Origin: a virus
UHGV virus genome: UHGV-0114356
Length of the DNA stretch: 23,414 bases
Strand: one strand, 5' to 3'
The notes under the pieces were generated by a model. The model saw only the letters and a program-made list of their open reading frames with translations, ran no database searches and was not told the origin of the DNA. Position numbers and translations under genes: made by a program. Shown here piece after piece: positions 7,749 to 17,044 of this stretch (within the stretch, counting starts at the first letter, position 1; every line of letters starts with the position of its first letter).

Positions 7749-10700
7749 CTACCTGCCTTTGCTGAAGTTGTAGATCATGCCACCCGGTTTAAGCTGTTTC
7801 TGAACTACCTGCAGTGCGGCATTCTGCATTTCCTCGGCAAGCGCGCGCCCCATGGCATCACCAGAACTGGAAGTTTGCGTTGTAACCGAACCACCAGCAT
7901 CTACGTTAACAGTGGTATTGATAATCGGGGCCATCCCGCCGCCACCCTGGGCACGTACCCCCAAGCGCCCGGCAGAGTCCCGAGTTAGGGGCATGATTGC
8001 TTCAGCACCAGCCTCTGCGAAGACGCCGCCTTTCGCAAACTTAGATGCGCCCTGGAAGGTGAAATGCTGAGGAGTGTCGTAAACACCGTTCACATATTTA
8101 CTGAGGCCAGGAGAGTCATAGACACCACCTTTAGCATTGAAGGTTACGCCAGCAGCGGCGTTTGCATATGCACCACCAGGCGTGCTGCCACCGCCACTGC
8201 CACCGCTTATCCAGCCCATCGCAGCCTGCACCGCATAGGCAACCATCAGCCTGTTTGTCACCTCAACAATCATCTTCAGCATCGATTCGCCGAATTCTTT
8301 TATTGAGGCTTTTCCCGTCGTCATTAAGCTGGTTAGCATGTCAGATAGACCTGTCAGCGTCGAACTAGCCACGTTCTTCACTGCGTCGTAGGTGTTGGTA
8401 GCGGCATCCAGATATTCATTCCATCCAGCAACAGCCCCAGACTTCCAGTCGCCGCGCAGCTTATCCTCTTCAGAGTAATAATTTCTGAGGGCTGCCAGTT
8501 CTTTCTCATAGCCAGCATCATCAAGCTTACCACCACCGTTGAGCCAGCCTTGGCGGAGCTGAGCCTCTTCCATCATGCGCTGGCTCTGACGGCTGCTTAG
8601 GCCTGCGCTGCCTCGCAACGCTTCTGTCTTTTCCGACATCTGCGTGACGTATTTATTCGCCTGCTGCGCCAGGCCATTAATCTTCTGCTGCGCCTCTACT
8701 TCCTTGTTCTTCTGATCCACCACCTTGGCGGCGTTCAGAATGGCCTCACGGCTCGACAGTAGAGATTTCTCCTGGGCGGTCAGCGCTCGTGTTTTGGCAG
8801 CCTCATCCAATTCAGCAAAGCGAGATTGCTGTTTGCTGAATTCGGTATATCTGACCTGCGTCTCCCCAGTCTTGCGCAACGTTTCGAGTGTTTCAGTTAA
8901 CGTTCTGGCCTGGGCACGGTAGTTCTCAAGAGTGCGATCGCCAGCATCCAGCGTGGCTTTTGCCTCTTTGGTCTTTTTGGCTGAGTCTTGTGCAAGCTTC
9001 GAGACTGCGTCTCTTGATTCTCGACTTGTTCCGCCATCACCTTTTACGTTAGACCCTCGCGCTTCAGCCTCATAGTTTGCCTGTGCGTTAGGCGCAGTGA
9101 CGCGCTTCCAAAGCTCGTTATAGCGTTTTTTGTTCGCCTCAATCTCTTTGTCCGCTTCCGCTCCAGCCTTTTTCATTGCCTCAACGTCCATGCCGAGGAA
9201 ATTAGCCAGCGCACCGCCACCCGGGATTTTGTCTGCCCAGCCAGCGATGGTGCTGGTGAACTTGGCGTCCAGAGAGGTGATATTGAGGAACAAGTCTTTG
9301 ATCGAGGACTTAACCAGTTCGAAGATATCGATGATCTGGTTTCCCCAGGCGCGCACGGTAACCCCGATTTGACCGAAAATGTCGGAGGAGAAAGCTTTAA
9401 TCCCGTTCCACGCCTTCCCGATATTATCGGTGGCCTCTACAATTTTATTACTGCGATCCTCCATGGTGTCGGCAAAAAGCGTTATAGCTTCGTTTGCCGC
9501 TGCTGTTTTCCCCTTCGTTTTCTCCAGGGTAATGAGGTGCTTCATCATGGCTTCATCAACAAAGCCATATTGCTGGTTCAAGCTCGCCAGGGCTTTAATA
9601 GGATCGTTTGCCAGTCGTGAAAAATCCGCCAGCGCAGCCTTCGTATCCAGCCCTGCATCACCCATAGCCAGAATGGATTTGGCAATTTTGGTCATCTGGT
9701 CGGCGGTATACTTCCCGGTGTCGTTTAGTTGGACCAGGGTATCAACAGACTCAGCCAAAGAAGCACCAGCGTTATCAGCAACATCCTTTGCCGCGTCGTT
9801 CAGTTGCTGCATGGAGGAAAAGCCAGCCCCGCCCATCAAAATGAGCGATCTGGCAACATTGTCGAACTGCTGGGATGAACTGTAGGCAGCCCCAGCCAGA
9901 AGAGCCAGCAAACCCACCGAGCCAGCAATCGCAAGGTTAAAGGTATTTAACAGGCCACCCGCCCGCCCCAGCTTCTCCGCTGCCTCACTGGTGTTGTTAA
10001 GTCCTTCAGCAGCGTCACTTATGCCTGCTGCCGACTCGGATGTTTCTCTGCTCTCTTCGTTAAACCCAAACAATGCGTCCCGCAAAGCCTGGAGCATTGG
10101 GCCTAATCCACCAAAAGAATCCTTAATTTGCCCGCCTTGCTGGAGCAAGATCAGGAAAGGGGATTGGCCTCCAGCCAACTGTGTCGCGATATCGGTGAAC
10201 TGCGCCGGCAGAGTGCGCAGCGCGGCGCTGTACTGGCCAACGGAAATTCCAGCACGCCGGGCAGCAGCTTCCTGCCGGGATAGCGCCTCTGGCAGCACGT
10301 CAGCCACGCCAGAGAGCCGTTCACGCGTCTGGTTGAGGATGGTGTTGAAATGTTCGAACTGGGTGCCGTTAATGCGCCCCGCTTCGAAGTGTGCCACCAG
10401 CTGCGCATGCTGCTCGTCCAGCGAGTTGAATGCGCGGATCGTCGGGTCGATGGAGCCGAGAAGGTTTTTCAGCGCTGCCGACTGTTTCTCAGCAGCCTGG
10501 GTGGCTGCCAGTTCAGCCTGGGCCCGCATTGATGCCTCAGCGGTTTCACCGAGTTTTTGCCGGGTGTTATCCAGTATTGTCTGGTAACTCTTAAACTCCT
10601 CAGTATTGAGAAATCCCCCCGCATGGAATCTCTGCAAAGCAACCTGCTGGTCCTCGAGCTTTTCCAGCGCAATCAGCGTGGGGTTGATGTTCTCCAACAA

Positions 10701-10904
10701 TCCCTTCAGCGCAGCCTGCTGCTCTTTTGCCCCTTGGGCACCCTGCTTGCCAGCTTCAGCGCCGGCACGAAAAACACTGTTAAGGTCATCCGCTTTATCG
10801 ACAGCACCGGCCGCCGCCTGACCGAGTTTATCCAGCTCATTACTGGCTGTTTTCAGGTCAGAAACATCGGCCCGCAAAGTAATCGAGGCGATCTGGTCTG
10901 TCAT
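7749..10904 (-). CDS. H: tail tape measure protein
   Basis: 1051 aa, Ala/Gln/Glu-rich helical and repetitive, Gly-rich C-terminal part; AAGGAG RBS before ATG 10904; located between G-T and M as in lambda. Confidence 0.9.
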   Translation of the reverse strand: MTDQIASITLRADVSDLKTASNELDKLGQAAAGAVDKADDLNSVFRAGAEAGKQGAQGAKEQQAALKGLLENINPTLIALEKLEDQQVALQRFHAGGFLNTEEFKSYQTILDNTRQKLGETAEASMRAQAELAATQAAEKQSAALKNLLGSIDPTIRAFNSLDEQHAQLVAHFEAGRINGTQFEHFNTILNQTRERLSGVADVLPEALSRQEAAARRAGISVGQYSAALRTLPAQFTDIATQLAGGQSPFLILLQQGGQIKDSFGGLGPMLQALRDALFGFNEESRETSESAAGISDAAEGLNNTSEAAEKLGRAGGLLNTFNLAIAGSVGLLALLAGAAYSSSQQFDNVARSLILMGGAGFSSMQQLNDAAKDVADNAGASLAESVDTLVQLNDTGKYTADQMTKIAKSILAMGDAGLDTKAALADFSRLANDPIKALASLNQQYGFVDEAMMKHLITLEKTKGKTAAANEAITLFADTMEDRSNKIVEATDNIGKAWNGIKAFSSDIFGQIGVTVRAWGNQIIDIFELVKSSIKDLFLNITSLDAKFTSTIAGWADKIPGGGALANFLGMDVEAMKKAGAEADKEIEANKKRYNELWKRVTAPNAQANYEAEARGSNVKGDGGTSRESRDAVSKLAQDSAKKTKEAKATLDAGDRTLENYRAQARTLTETLETLRKTGETQVRYTEFSKQQSRFAELDEAAKTRALTAQEKSLLSSREAILNAAKVVDQKNKEVEAQQKINGLAQQANKYVTQMSEKTEALRGSAGLSSRQSQRMMEEAQLRQGWLNGGGKLDDAGYEKELAALRNYYSEEDKLRGDWKSGAVAGWNEYLDAATNTYDAVKNVASSTLTGLSDMLTSLMTTGKASIKEFGESMLKMIVEVTNRLMVAYAVQAAMGWISGGSGGGSTPGGAYANAAAGVTFNAKGGVYDSPGLSKYVNGVYDTPQHFTFQGASKFAKGGVFAEAGAEAIMPLTRDSAGRLGVRAQGGGGMAPIINTTVNVDAGGSVTTQTSSSGDAMGRALAEEMQNAALQVVQKQLKPGGMIYNFSKGR

Positions 10905-11547
10905 TATTTCGTCTCCTTGTGCATTACCTTGAGAGCCTCGCTTTCCATAATTTGAAGGTCAGCCATGCAGGCCGCCGCATCCTCAACCCCGTGTAACTCG
11001 AACATCCAGGGGAGAACGTTGTAATCAAGGCCGGTCGCCCCGCTCGCGCCGACTCGCCACTGGGTCGCCAGGGAAGAGAAGATGGTGAAAGACTTCCACA
11101 CAGAGGGCAGGATCCCCACCTCTTCCTCCACGTCCTCAGGCGTCAAACCAAAAGCGCTCAGCTCCGCGAGCGTCGGCCCCGGCGTATACAACGCTGCGGC
11201 GACCTGCCTCAGTTTTTTTCGCGGATACCCATAAGCTCTTTGGTGTAGGCCAGACCGATGCTGTCGAACGCGCGAGGATAGTTCTTCAGGAGGACAATTA
11301 CGTTATCGCGGGTGAACTCGTCAGGTAGTGCCCACCCCTCGACAATTTCCATGAGGTAGTCGGCCTGTGGCTCGATAGCATCCTTTTTACCTTCGGCGGC
11401 CTTTTGCAGCTTCTCGTCCATGGAGCGCAGCTCTCCCAGCGTCTTATGGCGGAAAGTGAACGTCAGCTTGCCGTCTTCGGCGCCAGCGCGCGGAATGCTC
11501 GCGGTCACAGAAAAAGTTGGGTTGGGGATCAGGGAAAATTTGGTCAT
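10904..11547 (-). CDS. tail assembly chaperone G-T fusion, made by -1 programmed frameshift (T-like C-terminal part 10904-11218)
   Basis: The -1 frame downstream of the slippery site is open from the G body through the 95-aa T-like ORF (...KKLRQVAAALYTPGPTLAELSAFGLTPEDV...LPSVWKSFTIFSSLATQWR...); the T ORF has no good start of its own (TTG). Arrangement as lambda G/GT. Confidence 0.6.
11209..11547 (-). CDS. G: tail assembly chaperone G
   Basis: ATG 11545-11547 with AGGAA RBS (rc of 11548-11560) gives MTKFSLIPNPTF... (113 aa), ending IREKN; acidic small protein directly after the major tail gene. The longer track ORF (start 11634) overlaps V and is not used. Confidence 0.7.
   Translation of the reverse strand: MTKFSLIPNPTFSVTASIPRAGAEDGKLTFTFRHKTLGELRSMDEKLQKAAEGKKDAIEPQADYLMEIVEGWALPDEFTRDNVIVLLKNYPRAFDSIGLAYTKELMGIREKN
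11212..11218 (-). other. slippery heptamer A-AAA-AAC for -1 ribosomal frameshifting (G to G-T)
   Basis: Minus-strand cgc-gAA-AAA-AAC-tga at the 3' end of G (plus-strand 7-T run 11213-11219); fits the X-XXY-YYZ rule and lies 3 nt before the G stop. Confidence 0.6.
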
Positions 11548-11581
11548 TTCGATTCCTAAGAAAGACTTTGGTTTCAGTAGC

Positions 11582-11604
11582 AAAGAAAGCCCGGCGTACC
11601 GGGC
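11582..11604 (-). terminator. intrinsic terminator/attenuator after major tail gene V
   Basis: Minus-strand hairpin gcccgg-tacg-ccgggc (11589-11604) followed by tttcttt (plus-strand aaagaaa 11582-11588), between the V stop and the G start. Confidence 0.5.
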
Positions 11605-11612
11605 TCGAGTGG

Positions 11613-12545
11613 TTAGCTGACCGTGACGGTGCAAGCAGCAGAGGTGATAGTTTTGCCCGCCGCGTCAGTGACTTCGCAGGTGTAAGAGCCAGCATCACCG
11701 GATGCCACAGATGGAATGTTGAACGTCGAGGCGGTTTTGCCCGGAATTGCGGAGCTTCCTTTCTTCCACACGTAGGTGTAAGGGGCTGAGCCGCCTTGCA
11801 TAACGACGGCTAAATCGAGCGCATCTCCAACACTAACTGCTTTGGTTGATGGCAGATCAGTCAGGAACGCCAGCGGCGTAACGGATGAATCGGCGATCGG
11901 GTAAATCTGCATATCCGATTCGAAGTTCATGCGCGCTTCGTTGCTTTCCACGGCGTTGATTTCGGTCTTAGGCACCTTCTGGAAAGACACTTTGGCAGAG
12001 TAATAACGGTCCGCTTTGCCGCGCGGGTTATGGAACCACACAGCAGTGGTGTCGCTGGATTCGTCAAGTTCACTCAGACGCTTGTAAATTGCCAGCAGCG
12101 GATCGTGCGCGAAGGTGTAGACCTGCACCACGGCGTTTTTGAAGGTCGGGATGGTACGGGCCTTATCGTCTTCAAGGAACTGCACGCTGATGGTCTGCTG
12201 GTCACCACCCTCTGTGGAGAGGGTCATCACCTGCGGCATCGTGATCCACGTGTCGATTTTACGCAGCGTGCCCGCGCCAGTGCCTGCCGGGAATTTGGTG
12301 GTGTCAGAGGTATCGAACGAATCCAGCACGATTTTGGTACCGGCTACGGATTTAACGCGCAGCACCATATTATCGAGTTTTAGCCAGCCGGAGCTCACCT
12401 GCACTACGTCGCCCGCCAGGATGCCAGCGGCAGATGCAACAGTCAGTTCGCATTCAGTAGCGTTAGAGGCAGCGGTAAAGGTGATGGGAGCCTGATAGGC
12501 CTTGGCCACGTTAACACGCGAGCCGTTAGGGATTGCGAATGCCAT
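11613..12545 (-). CDS. V: major tail protein V with C-terminal Ig-like (Big_2-type) domain
   Basis: 310 aa; AGGAGA RBS before ATG 12545; C-terminal ~90 aa (...YTYVWKKGSSAIPGKTASTFNIPSVASGDAGSYTCEVTDAAGKTITSAACTVTVS) has the Ig-like pattern seen at the C-terminus of lambda gpV; position upstream of G/GT/H. Confidence 0.85.
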   Translation of the reverse strand: MAFAIPNGSRVNVAKAYQAPITFTAASNATECELTVASAAGILAGDVVQVSSGWLKLDNMVLRVKSVAGTKIVLDSFDTSDTTKFPAGTGAGTLRKIDTWITMPQVMTLSTEGGDQQTISVQFLEDDKARTIPTFKNAVVQVYTFAHDPLLAIYKRLSELDESSDTTAVWFHNPRGKADRYYSAKVSFQKVPKTEINAVESNEARMNFESDMQIYPIADSSVTPLAFLTDLPSTKAVSVGDALDLAVVMQGGSAPYTYVWKKGSSAIPGKTASTFNIPSVASGDAGSYTCEVTDAAGKTITSAACTVTVS

Positions 12546-12566
12546 AGCACTCTCCTGAATTTAGGT

Positions 12567-12591
12567 AATAAAAAACCCGCCATCTGGCGGG
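12567..12591 (-). terminator. intrinsic terminator between tail terminator gene and V
   Basis: Minus-strand hairpin cccgcc-agat-ggcggg (12576-12591) followed by ttttttatt (plus-strand A run 12570-12575), immediately after the stop at 12592. Confidence 0.5.
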
Positions 12592-13041
12592 TCAGTAGTC
12601 AGCGCGGTACTGCATGCTGACGGGAATGGTGTAGGTTATGGAGCCACTGGACCCGTTGGACGCCGAGGTTGGCCGGTCCTGGATGGGTTGTCTCACCTGC
12701 GGCGGCCCATTGATATAAACAGTCAGGTCACCATCTACCAGCGCAAGCCCTTCAGGAAACGCATCAGCGACAGATTTAGCCAGCCCTCTGGCCTGCGTCA
12801 CGCCGCTGCCTGCTGGCGCAATGATGTTGAGCTGCAGGATGCCCTGATAGGTTCGCAATTGACCTTCCAGGTCTTGCCCCACCGTCTGTGCCGGCAGAAC
12901 ATAAACACGCCCGTATGGTGAGCTATCCGGGGGAGTAAACGGTATGTTCGGCCAGGCTACGGGCAGCCCAAGCGATAAGCAGATAACCGCAATGCGGCTC
13001 TCCAGTAGTTCAGCAATTCGCATTGACTGGTCACTGGCCAT
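12592..13041 (-). CDS. putative tail terminator protein (gpU-like by position)
   Basis: 149 aa; GAGGTG RBS before ATG 13041; directly upstream of the major tail gene, the position lambda U occupies. No sequence similarity to lambda U recognised by eye. Confidence 0.4.
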   Translation of the reverse strand: MASDQSMRIAELLESRIAVICLSLGLPVAWPNIPFTPPDSSPYGRVYVLPAQTVGQDLEGQLRTYQGILQLNIIAPAGSGVTQARGLAKSVADAFPEGLALVDGDLTVYINGPPQVRQPIQDRPTSASNGSSGSITYTIPVSMQYRADY

Positions 13042-13630
13042 TGCGCACCTCGCTCATTGCCTCACGGAACAACTGCGCGGCATCCAGCGCAGTGATGCCC
13101 ACCATGCCGCCGGGTGCCTGGCCGGAATGCCCGTTCTCCAGTGCTGCCGCATATGGCAGATTATTGGTGAAGAAAATCGAGCTGACCTGCCCTACCCGGA
13201 ACACCTCGAGCACTGCCAGACCGCGGGAGTTGGAACCCTGGCCGGAAGCGTCGGGGGTGTCGTTGGATTGGCTTGGCTGGCTGTCAAAGCCCACATACCA
13301 GTTGTTTTTAAACCGCCCGCCGACATAGCCCTCAGGCTTTTTGATGTCCATCGAGTCGTTGACGCGCAGGCCGCGCTTAAGTCGTCCTGATTTGGTCAGA
13401 TTAGCCGGGTCATCACGCAGGGTCGCGTTATGCTCCCGCACCGCAGTGTTGTACGCCGTCGCGGTCTGGTTGACCTGCCAGATATCCGGTTGGCCCACCG
13501 GGGACATCTCAACCAGTTGAGCGAGGATTTTAATACCCGTCCGGCGCACCACCTCGTCCATCTCCTGCTTCGAGCCATCCACGAACAGCTGAATGGCAGC
13601 CAGGAACGGCTGATTAACAGACCCCACCAT
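13031..13630 (-). CDS. putative tail completion / head-tail joining protein (gpZ-like by position)
   Basis: 199 aa; translationally coupled to neighbours (overlapping stop/start); size and position match lambda Z. Family not verified. Confidence 0.4.
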   Translation of the reverse strand: MVGSVNQPFLAAIQLFVDGSKQEMDEVVRRTGIKILAQLVEMSPVGQPDIWQVNQTATAYNTAVREHNATLRDDPANLTKSGRLKRGLRVNDSMDIKKPEGYVGGRFKNNWYVGFDSQPSQSNDTPDASGQGSNSRGLAVLEVFRVGQVSSIFFTNNLPYAAALENGHSGQAPGGMVGITALDAAQLFREAMSEVRNGQ

Positions 13631-13632
13631 AG

Positions 13633-13986
13633 TTACGCCCTCAGTTGGATGTTGTAGGAAATCAGCACATCGGCAGGCTTAACCGGATTCGGCTGCACCA
13701 CGCGCCATTTTTTGCCGTCGATTTCGATGCGGTCATCGATGCGCACTTCCGTCTCGAAAGTGGCCGCCAGCTTCTTGTCGCCGGTGGCGATCAGGGAACC
13801 GTCGATTTCGCGGGAGGAGTATTCGGTGATAACACCGGTTACGGTCGCGGTAATGGCCGGGGTGGTGACCTCTTTGCCGAACTGGTCACGGATGGTGCCG
13901 CCGCCGCGGGTAAGCTGATATGCCTTCCCGTTCTCGGTCAGCAGTCGGGTCGCGGTCGCGCGCATGCGGCGGTAGTCGATTGGCAT
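13633..13986 (-). CDS. putative head-tail joining (neck) protein
   Basis: 117 aa, same size and relative position as lambda FII; no motif recognised. Confidence 0.35.
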   Translation of the reverse strand: MPIDYRRMRATATRLLTENGKAYQLTRGGGTIRDQFGKEVTTPAITATVTGVITEYSSREIDGSLIATGDKKLAATFETEVRIDDRIEIDGKKWRVVQPNPVKPADVLISYNIQLRA

Positions 13987-13987
13987 G

Positions 13988-14470
13988 TCACCCCCTTTCG
14001 ATGCGGATCTGATTGCCGCCCACCACTAGCCCACGCAGCGAGGAATAGAACCAGGGGAATGACGGCGAGGCCTTATTGGTTCCCGGCTCGTACTGCACGG
14101 TCACCGCGCCCTCTACGCGCTCCATCGTCACCGCCCCGCCACCAGCAACCGAAGGCGTGAGGTCAATCTCCTGCGATTCGATAGCCAGGCGACATTGAGC
14201 ATCAACCACGCGCTGTGGAATAGCATCGTCCGGAAGGTCAACGCCATCGAAGCGTAAGCCCGAGCGCGGCCACGACAGCGGCTGTGATGCGCTGGAACGC
14301 TGGCCACGCCATGTTTTGCCTTCCAGAAAGTCCATCGCCTGCATCAGCATCTGGCTGCATTCGCCATCTTCAGCAGGGATGGTGTATCCGCGCCCCGCAG
14401 CGAACGCGCGCAGATCACCAACGCTGGCATAGCTGTTGAAGTCAGACGAATGGGGATCGGCATTAATCAT
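13988..14470 (-). CDS. putative head-tail connector/adaptor protein
   Basis: 160 aa; N-terminal YASVGDLRAFAAGRGY...W...LSWPRSG pattern recalls phage head-tail connector families; position after the capsid gene cluster. Confidence 0.4.
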   Translation of the reverse strand: MINADPHSSDFNSYASVGDLRAFAAGRGYTIPAEDGECSQMLMQAMDFLEGKTWRGQRSSASQPLSWPRSGLRFDGVDLPDDAIPQRVVDAQCRLAIESQEIDLTPSVAGGGAVTMERVEGAVTVQYEPGTNKASPSFPWFYSSLRGLVVGGNQIRIERG

Positions 14471-14483
14471 CTCAGAGCTCCTC

Positions 14484-14795
14484 TCAGGCTTCGAAAAGCT
14501 TCTGCTTTAACGCATATCCCATCAACGCCCACAACTCGCTTTCGGCGTTCTCAATAGCAATTTTCTCGCCAATTTCAGCGTTGTCGTTAGCGGAGGAAAC
14601 TGAGCACGACGGATTCCCTGTTACTGCGAATCCGTTTTGAGTGGTGATGACCGCCCAGCGAAGCACCTGCCAGGTGACGGATACGTGCTTCACGATCTCG
14701 GCATGCTTAATATTCGCCTTCAACTCGCCCAGCGTAACGCGCGGCGCGTTCAAGCCTTTGGCCTGAATTTCCTGCTCAATATCTTTATCGCTCAC
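14484..14795 (-). CDS. conserved phage hypothetical protein (103 aa)
   Basis: Continuous ORF in the operon frame context; no family assigned with confidence. Confidence 0.45.
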   Translation of the reverse strand: MSDKDIEQEIQAKGLNAPRVTLGELKANIKHAEIVKHVSVTWQVLRWAVITTQNGFAVTGNPSCSVSSANDNAEIGEKIAIENAESELWALMGYALKQKLFEA

Positions 14796-14797
14796 AG

Positions 14798-15019
14798 TTA
14801 CTCCTCCAGTCGCCAGTCCAGCGCCAGCCAGTTATCGACTTCGTCAGGGTGAACCTCAGCGCTCAGCGGACCGCCGGGGAACTCTGGCTCGTCACGCACC
14901 ATTACCACCAGCTCAATACCCTGCGGTTCCTGCGGGGCAGGAGTTTTTACATCACCACTCTGCGCGGCAAGCTTTTCAGCCTCACGCTGTGCGCGCTGTT
15001 CTTTGGTTAATCCGGCCAT
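14798..15019 (-). CDS. small acidic hypothetical protein (73 aa)
   Basis: ATG 15017-15019 with strong AGGAGG RBS (rc of 15023-15028), immediately after the capsid-gene terminator; MAGLTKEQRAQREAEKLAAQ...; the listed TTG start at 15037 lies inside the terminator stem and is not used. Confidence 0.45.
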   Translation of the reverse strand: MAGLTKEQRAQREAEKLAAQSGDVKTPAPQEPQGIELVVMVRDEPEFPGGPLSAEVHPDEVDNWLALDWRLEE

Positions 15020-15030
15020 TGGGCCTCCTG

Positions 15031-15052
15031 AAAACAAAGGGGCCGAAGCCCC
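15031..15052 (-). terminator. intrinsic terminator/attenuator after the major capsid gene
   Basis: Minus-strand hairpin ggggc-ttcg-gcccc (15039-15052) followed by tttgtttt (plus-strand aaaacaaa 15031-15038), directly after the capsid stop at 15058. Confidence 0.5.
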
Positions 15053-15057
15053 TATGG

Positions 15058-16194
15058 TTAACCCATGATGATGGCGGAATGTTCAGGCTGAACGGATGCC
15101 ACACCCCATGCCACACCAACCTCGTAACGTACCTGGCGGTACTGGCGGTACAGCGCGATCTGGAAGGTGATGCCGGATGCTGGGTCGGTCACGTTCATCA
15201 CATCGTCGGCGGTATCGCCGCCTTTTGGCATTGCCGGGGTGCGGCACGCCAGCAGGAATGCGTTGCGGTCGAACGCCATGTTTGGCGCAAACTCGCTCAG
15301 CACAGTGACGGCTGCCTGGTCTGCCAGATCCTGACGCAGACCCGGCGCACCAATGGTGATGCTGGAAGAAGTGGCGGCAACGACCAGATACTGATTGTCA
15401 TCACCATCGAATTTCACTGCGGTGCCGACTGCAATCCCACCAGTACCTGCAGAGATAGCAACGATGATGTCGCCTTCTTTCTTCGCACCGTTGACCTTGT
15501 AGCCTGCGGCGGTGCTTTTCGCGGTACGCTTGATGTTGGCGGATTCATGCAGGTTGAAGCCCATCACGCGACCGATGATGCCTTCGCGCAATAGCTGGTC
15601 GGTACCGGCTTCATTCGCTTTGAACAGCACGGACTGCTTACCACGAATGGAGGCCATCGCTTCACCGCCCAGCACCATACGCAGGTCGGTAGTTGGCGCA
15701 CCGTTATCAACCAGAATCTGGCGAGCCAGCGCTGCATCAGACAGATCGTCTTTGATGCTGAATGGCGTATCTTTCGGCGCACCGACAGCGCGAGAGGATT
15801 TGTAGTACAGCGCCGCCAGATCAGCATCCATCTCATTGCTCAGCGCGCGGAAGGCCTGAGAGAACTGGTCAGCCAGGATGACGTCGTAATTACCTGACGG
15901 CCCGATAGCCAGCTGTTCTTCACCGTTCCATTTGACCGGGGCCATTTTGGATTTGGTGATTTTGACATCCACGGTACCGATGTTCTGATCGCCATCGTTC
16001 GGTGCGGTCGCTGCGGGGGTGATATCGACGGTGGTGGTTTTTGGTGCCACCGGCGCGGTGACGGTCTGGTCTTTAGCCGCAGCGTCAGCTTTCGCGTTGC
16101 GCGCAACGGCAGGGATGAAGCCCACCTGCTCGCGGGATACGCGGTTCAGTGCGGTGTACAGAGTAGGAATCAACCCAGTAAGCGTATTGCTCAT
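15058..16194 (-). CDS. major capsid protein
   Basis: 378 aa, the abundant structural gene following a scaffold-like gene and followed by an attenuator; AAGGA RBS before ATG 16194; Ala/Gly/Val-rich composition typical of HK97-fold capsid proteins. Fold not verified. Confidence 0.75.
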   Translation of the reverse strand: MSNTLTGLIPTLYTALNRVSREQVGFIPAVARNAKADAAAKDQTVTAPVAPKTTTVDITPAATAPNDGDQNIGTVDVKITKSKMAPVKWNGEEQLAIGPSGNYDVILADQFSQAFRALSNEMDADLAALYYKSSRAVGAPKDTPFSIKDDLSDAALARQILVDNGAPTTDLRMVLGGEAMASIRGKQSVLFKANEAGTDQLLREGIIGRVMGFNLHESANIKRTAKSTAAGYKVNGAKKEGDIIVAISAGTGGIAVGTAVKFDGDDNQYLVVAATSSSITIGAPGLRQDLADQAAVTVLSEFAPNMAFDRNAFLLACRTPAMPKGGDTADDVMNVTDPASGITFQIALYRQYRQVRYEVGVAWGVASVQPEHSAIIMG

Positions 16195-16213
16195 ATTCTA
16201 AATATCCTTTCGA

Positions 16214-16966
16214 TTAATCGACGATGCTGACGCCATTGCTCAGTGCAGCCTGCTTGCCTGCGCCATCCAGAGCGTCGAACGCACCGCGTTTCATGGTTTT
16301 TTGCCCGGCCTGATGCTGCGACTGGTGAGAGCCGCCGCCGCTGTTACCGGACGCTTTGAGGATGTAATCTTTCTGCGGATGCGACTCGACCAGAGACTCC
16401 AGGGCCTCATCAAAGCTGGCTAACTCGCCGGGCTTGGTGCGTGAGAACACCTTATTGCCCTGGCCGTCGTAGGCCACAACCTTCCCTTCTTCGATTTTGA
16501 AGTTCTGACCGAAGTAGGAACGCACGAACTCAGTCGGGATCGCCATCTTCTCGGAAATGAACTTAGAGCCACCGAAGCGGCCGCCGATCATCTCGTCGTA
16601 GAGTTGAGTTTCCAGCTGTTTGGTCTTGCCGTTCGCCTCGTCCAGTTGCTGTTGGAAAACTTTGGTGATCTCCGCCTTTACCTGGTCAACGGCACCAGCA
16701 TCGATCAGTTTTTTCTGGTCGATTTTGGTCATCATCTCCAGGGCTTCGAGCGCCTTGGCCGGGTCGGTGATGCCAGAGAATTTCGCGAGATTGGCTTCCG
16801 CCGCTTCCTTCGCTTCGCGGTGAGTTTTCGCCTCGCCATTCAGGGAGGTGATTTTGGTCATCGCTGCGACCGCATCGAACGGGATCTCTTTGCCATCATC
16901 ATGGATGTACACAGGCATACCGTTTTCAACGACCACATTTCCGTTAGCATCAAGTTTCAGTTTCAT
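16214..16966 (-). CDS. putative capsid scaffolding protein
   Basis: ATG 16964-16966 with GGAG RBS (rc of 16967-16980 = gctggagcaaaaca) gives MKLKLDANG...; helical, charged, Lys/Glu/Ala-rich; located directly upstream of the capsid gene. The track start at 17005 has no RBS. Confidence 0.55.
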   Translation of the reverse strand: MKLKLDANGNVVVENGMPVYIHDDGKEIPFDAVAAMTKITSLNGEAKTHREAKEAAEANLAKFSGITDPAKALEALEMMTKIDQKKLIDAGAVDQVKAEITKVFQQQLDEANGKTKQLETQLYDEMIGGRFGGSKFISEKMAIPTEFVRSYFGQNFKIEEGKVVAYDGQGNKVFSRTKPGELASFDEALESLVESHPQKDYILKASGNSGGGSHQSQHQAGQKTMKRGAFDALDGAGKQAALSNGVSIVD

Positions 16967-17044
16967 TGTTTTGCTCCAGCCTTCCGGCCATACGTAATGG
17001 GTCATCCGACCCGGGCACCGCGTCGCATCCGCTCAGCGGCAGGC

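Noticed and set aside
7852-10955. Multiple plus-strand ORFs of 60-198 aa inside the tape-measure region (e.g. 9991-10587)
   Set aside because: All overlap the continuous 1051-aa minus-strand tape-measure ORF; Ser/Ala/Cys-rich low-complexity translations; antisense artefacts.
11548-11634. Longer N-terminal extension of the G ORF (track start 11634)
   Set aside because: It would overlap the 3' end of V and run through the V terminator; the internal ATG at 11545-11547 has a proper RBS.
15020-15037. TTG start at 15037 for the small post-capsid ORF
   Set aside because: Lies within the terminator stem; the ATG at 15017-15019 has a strong AGGAGG RBS.
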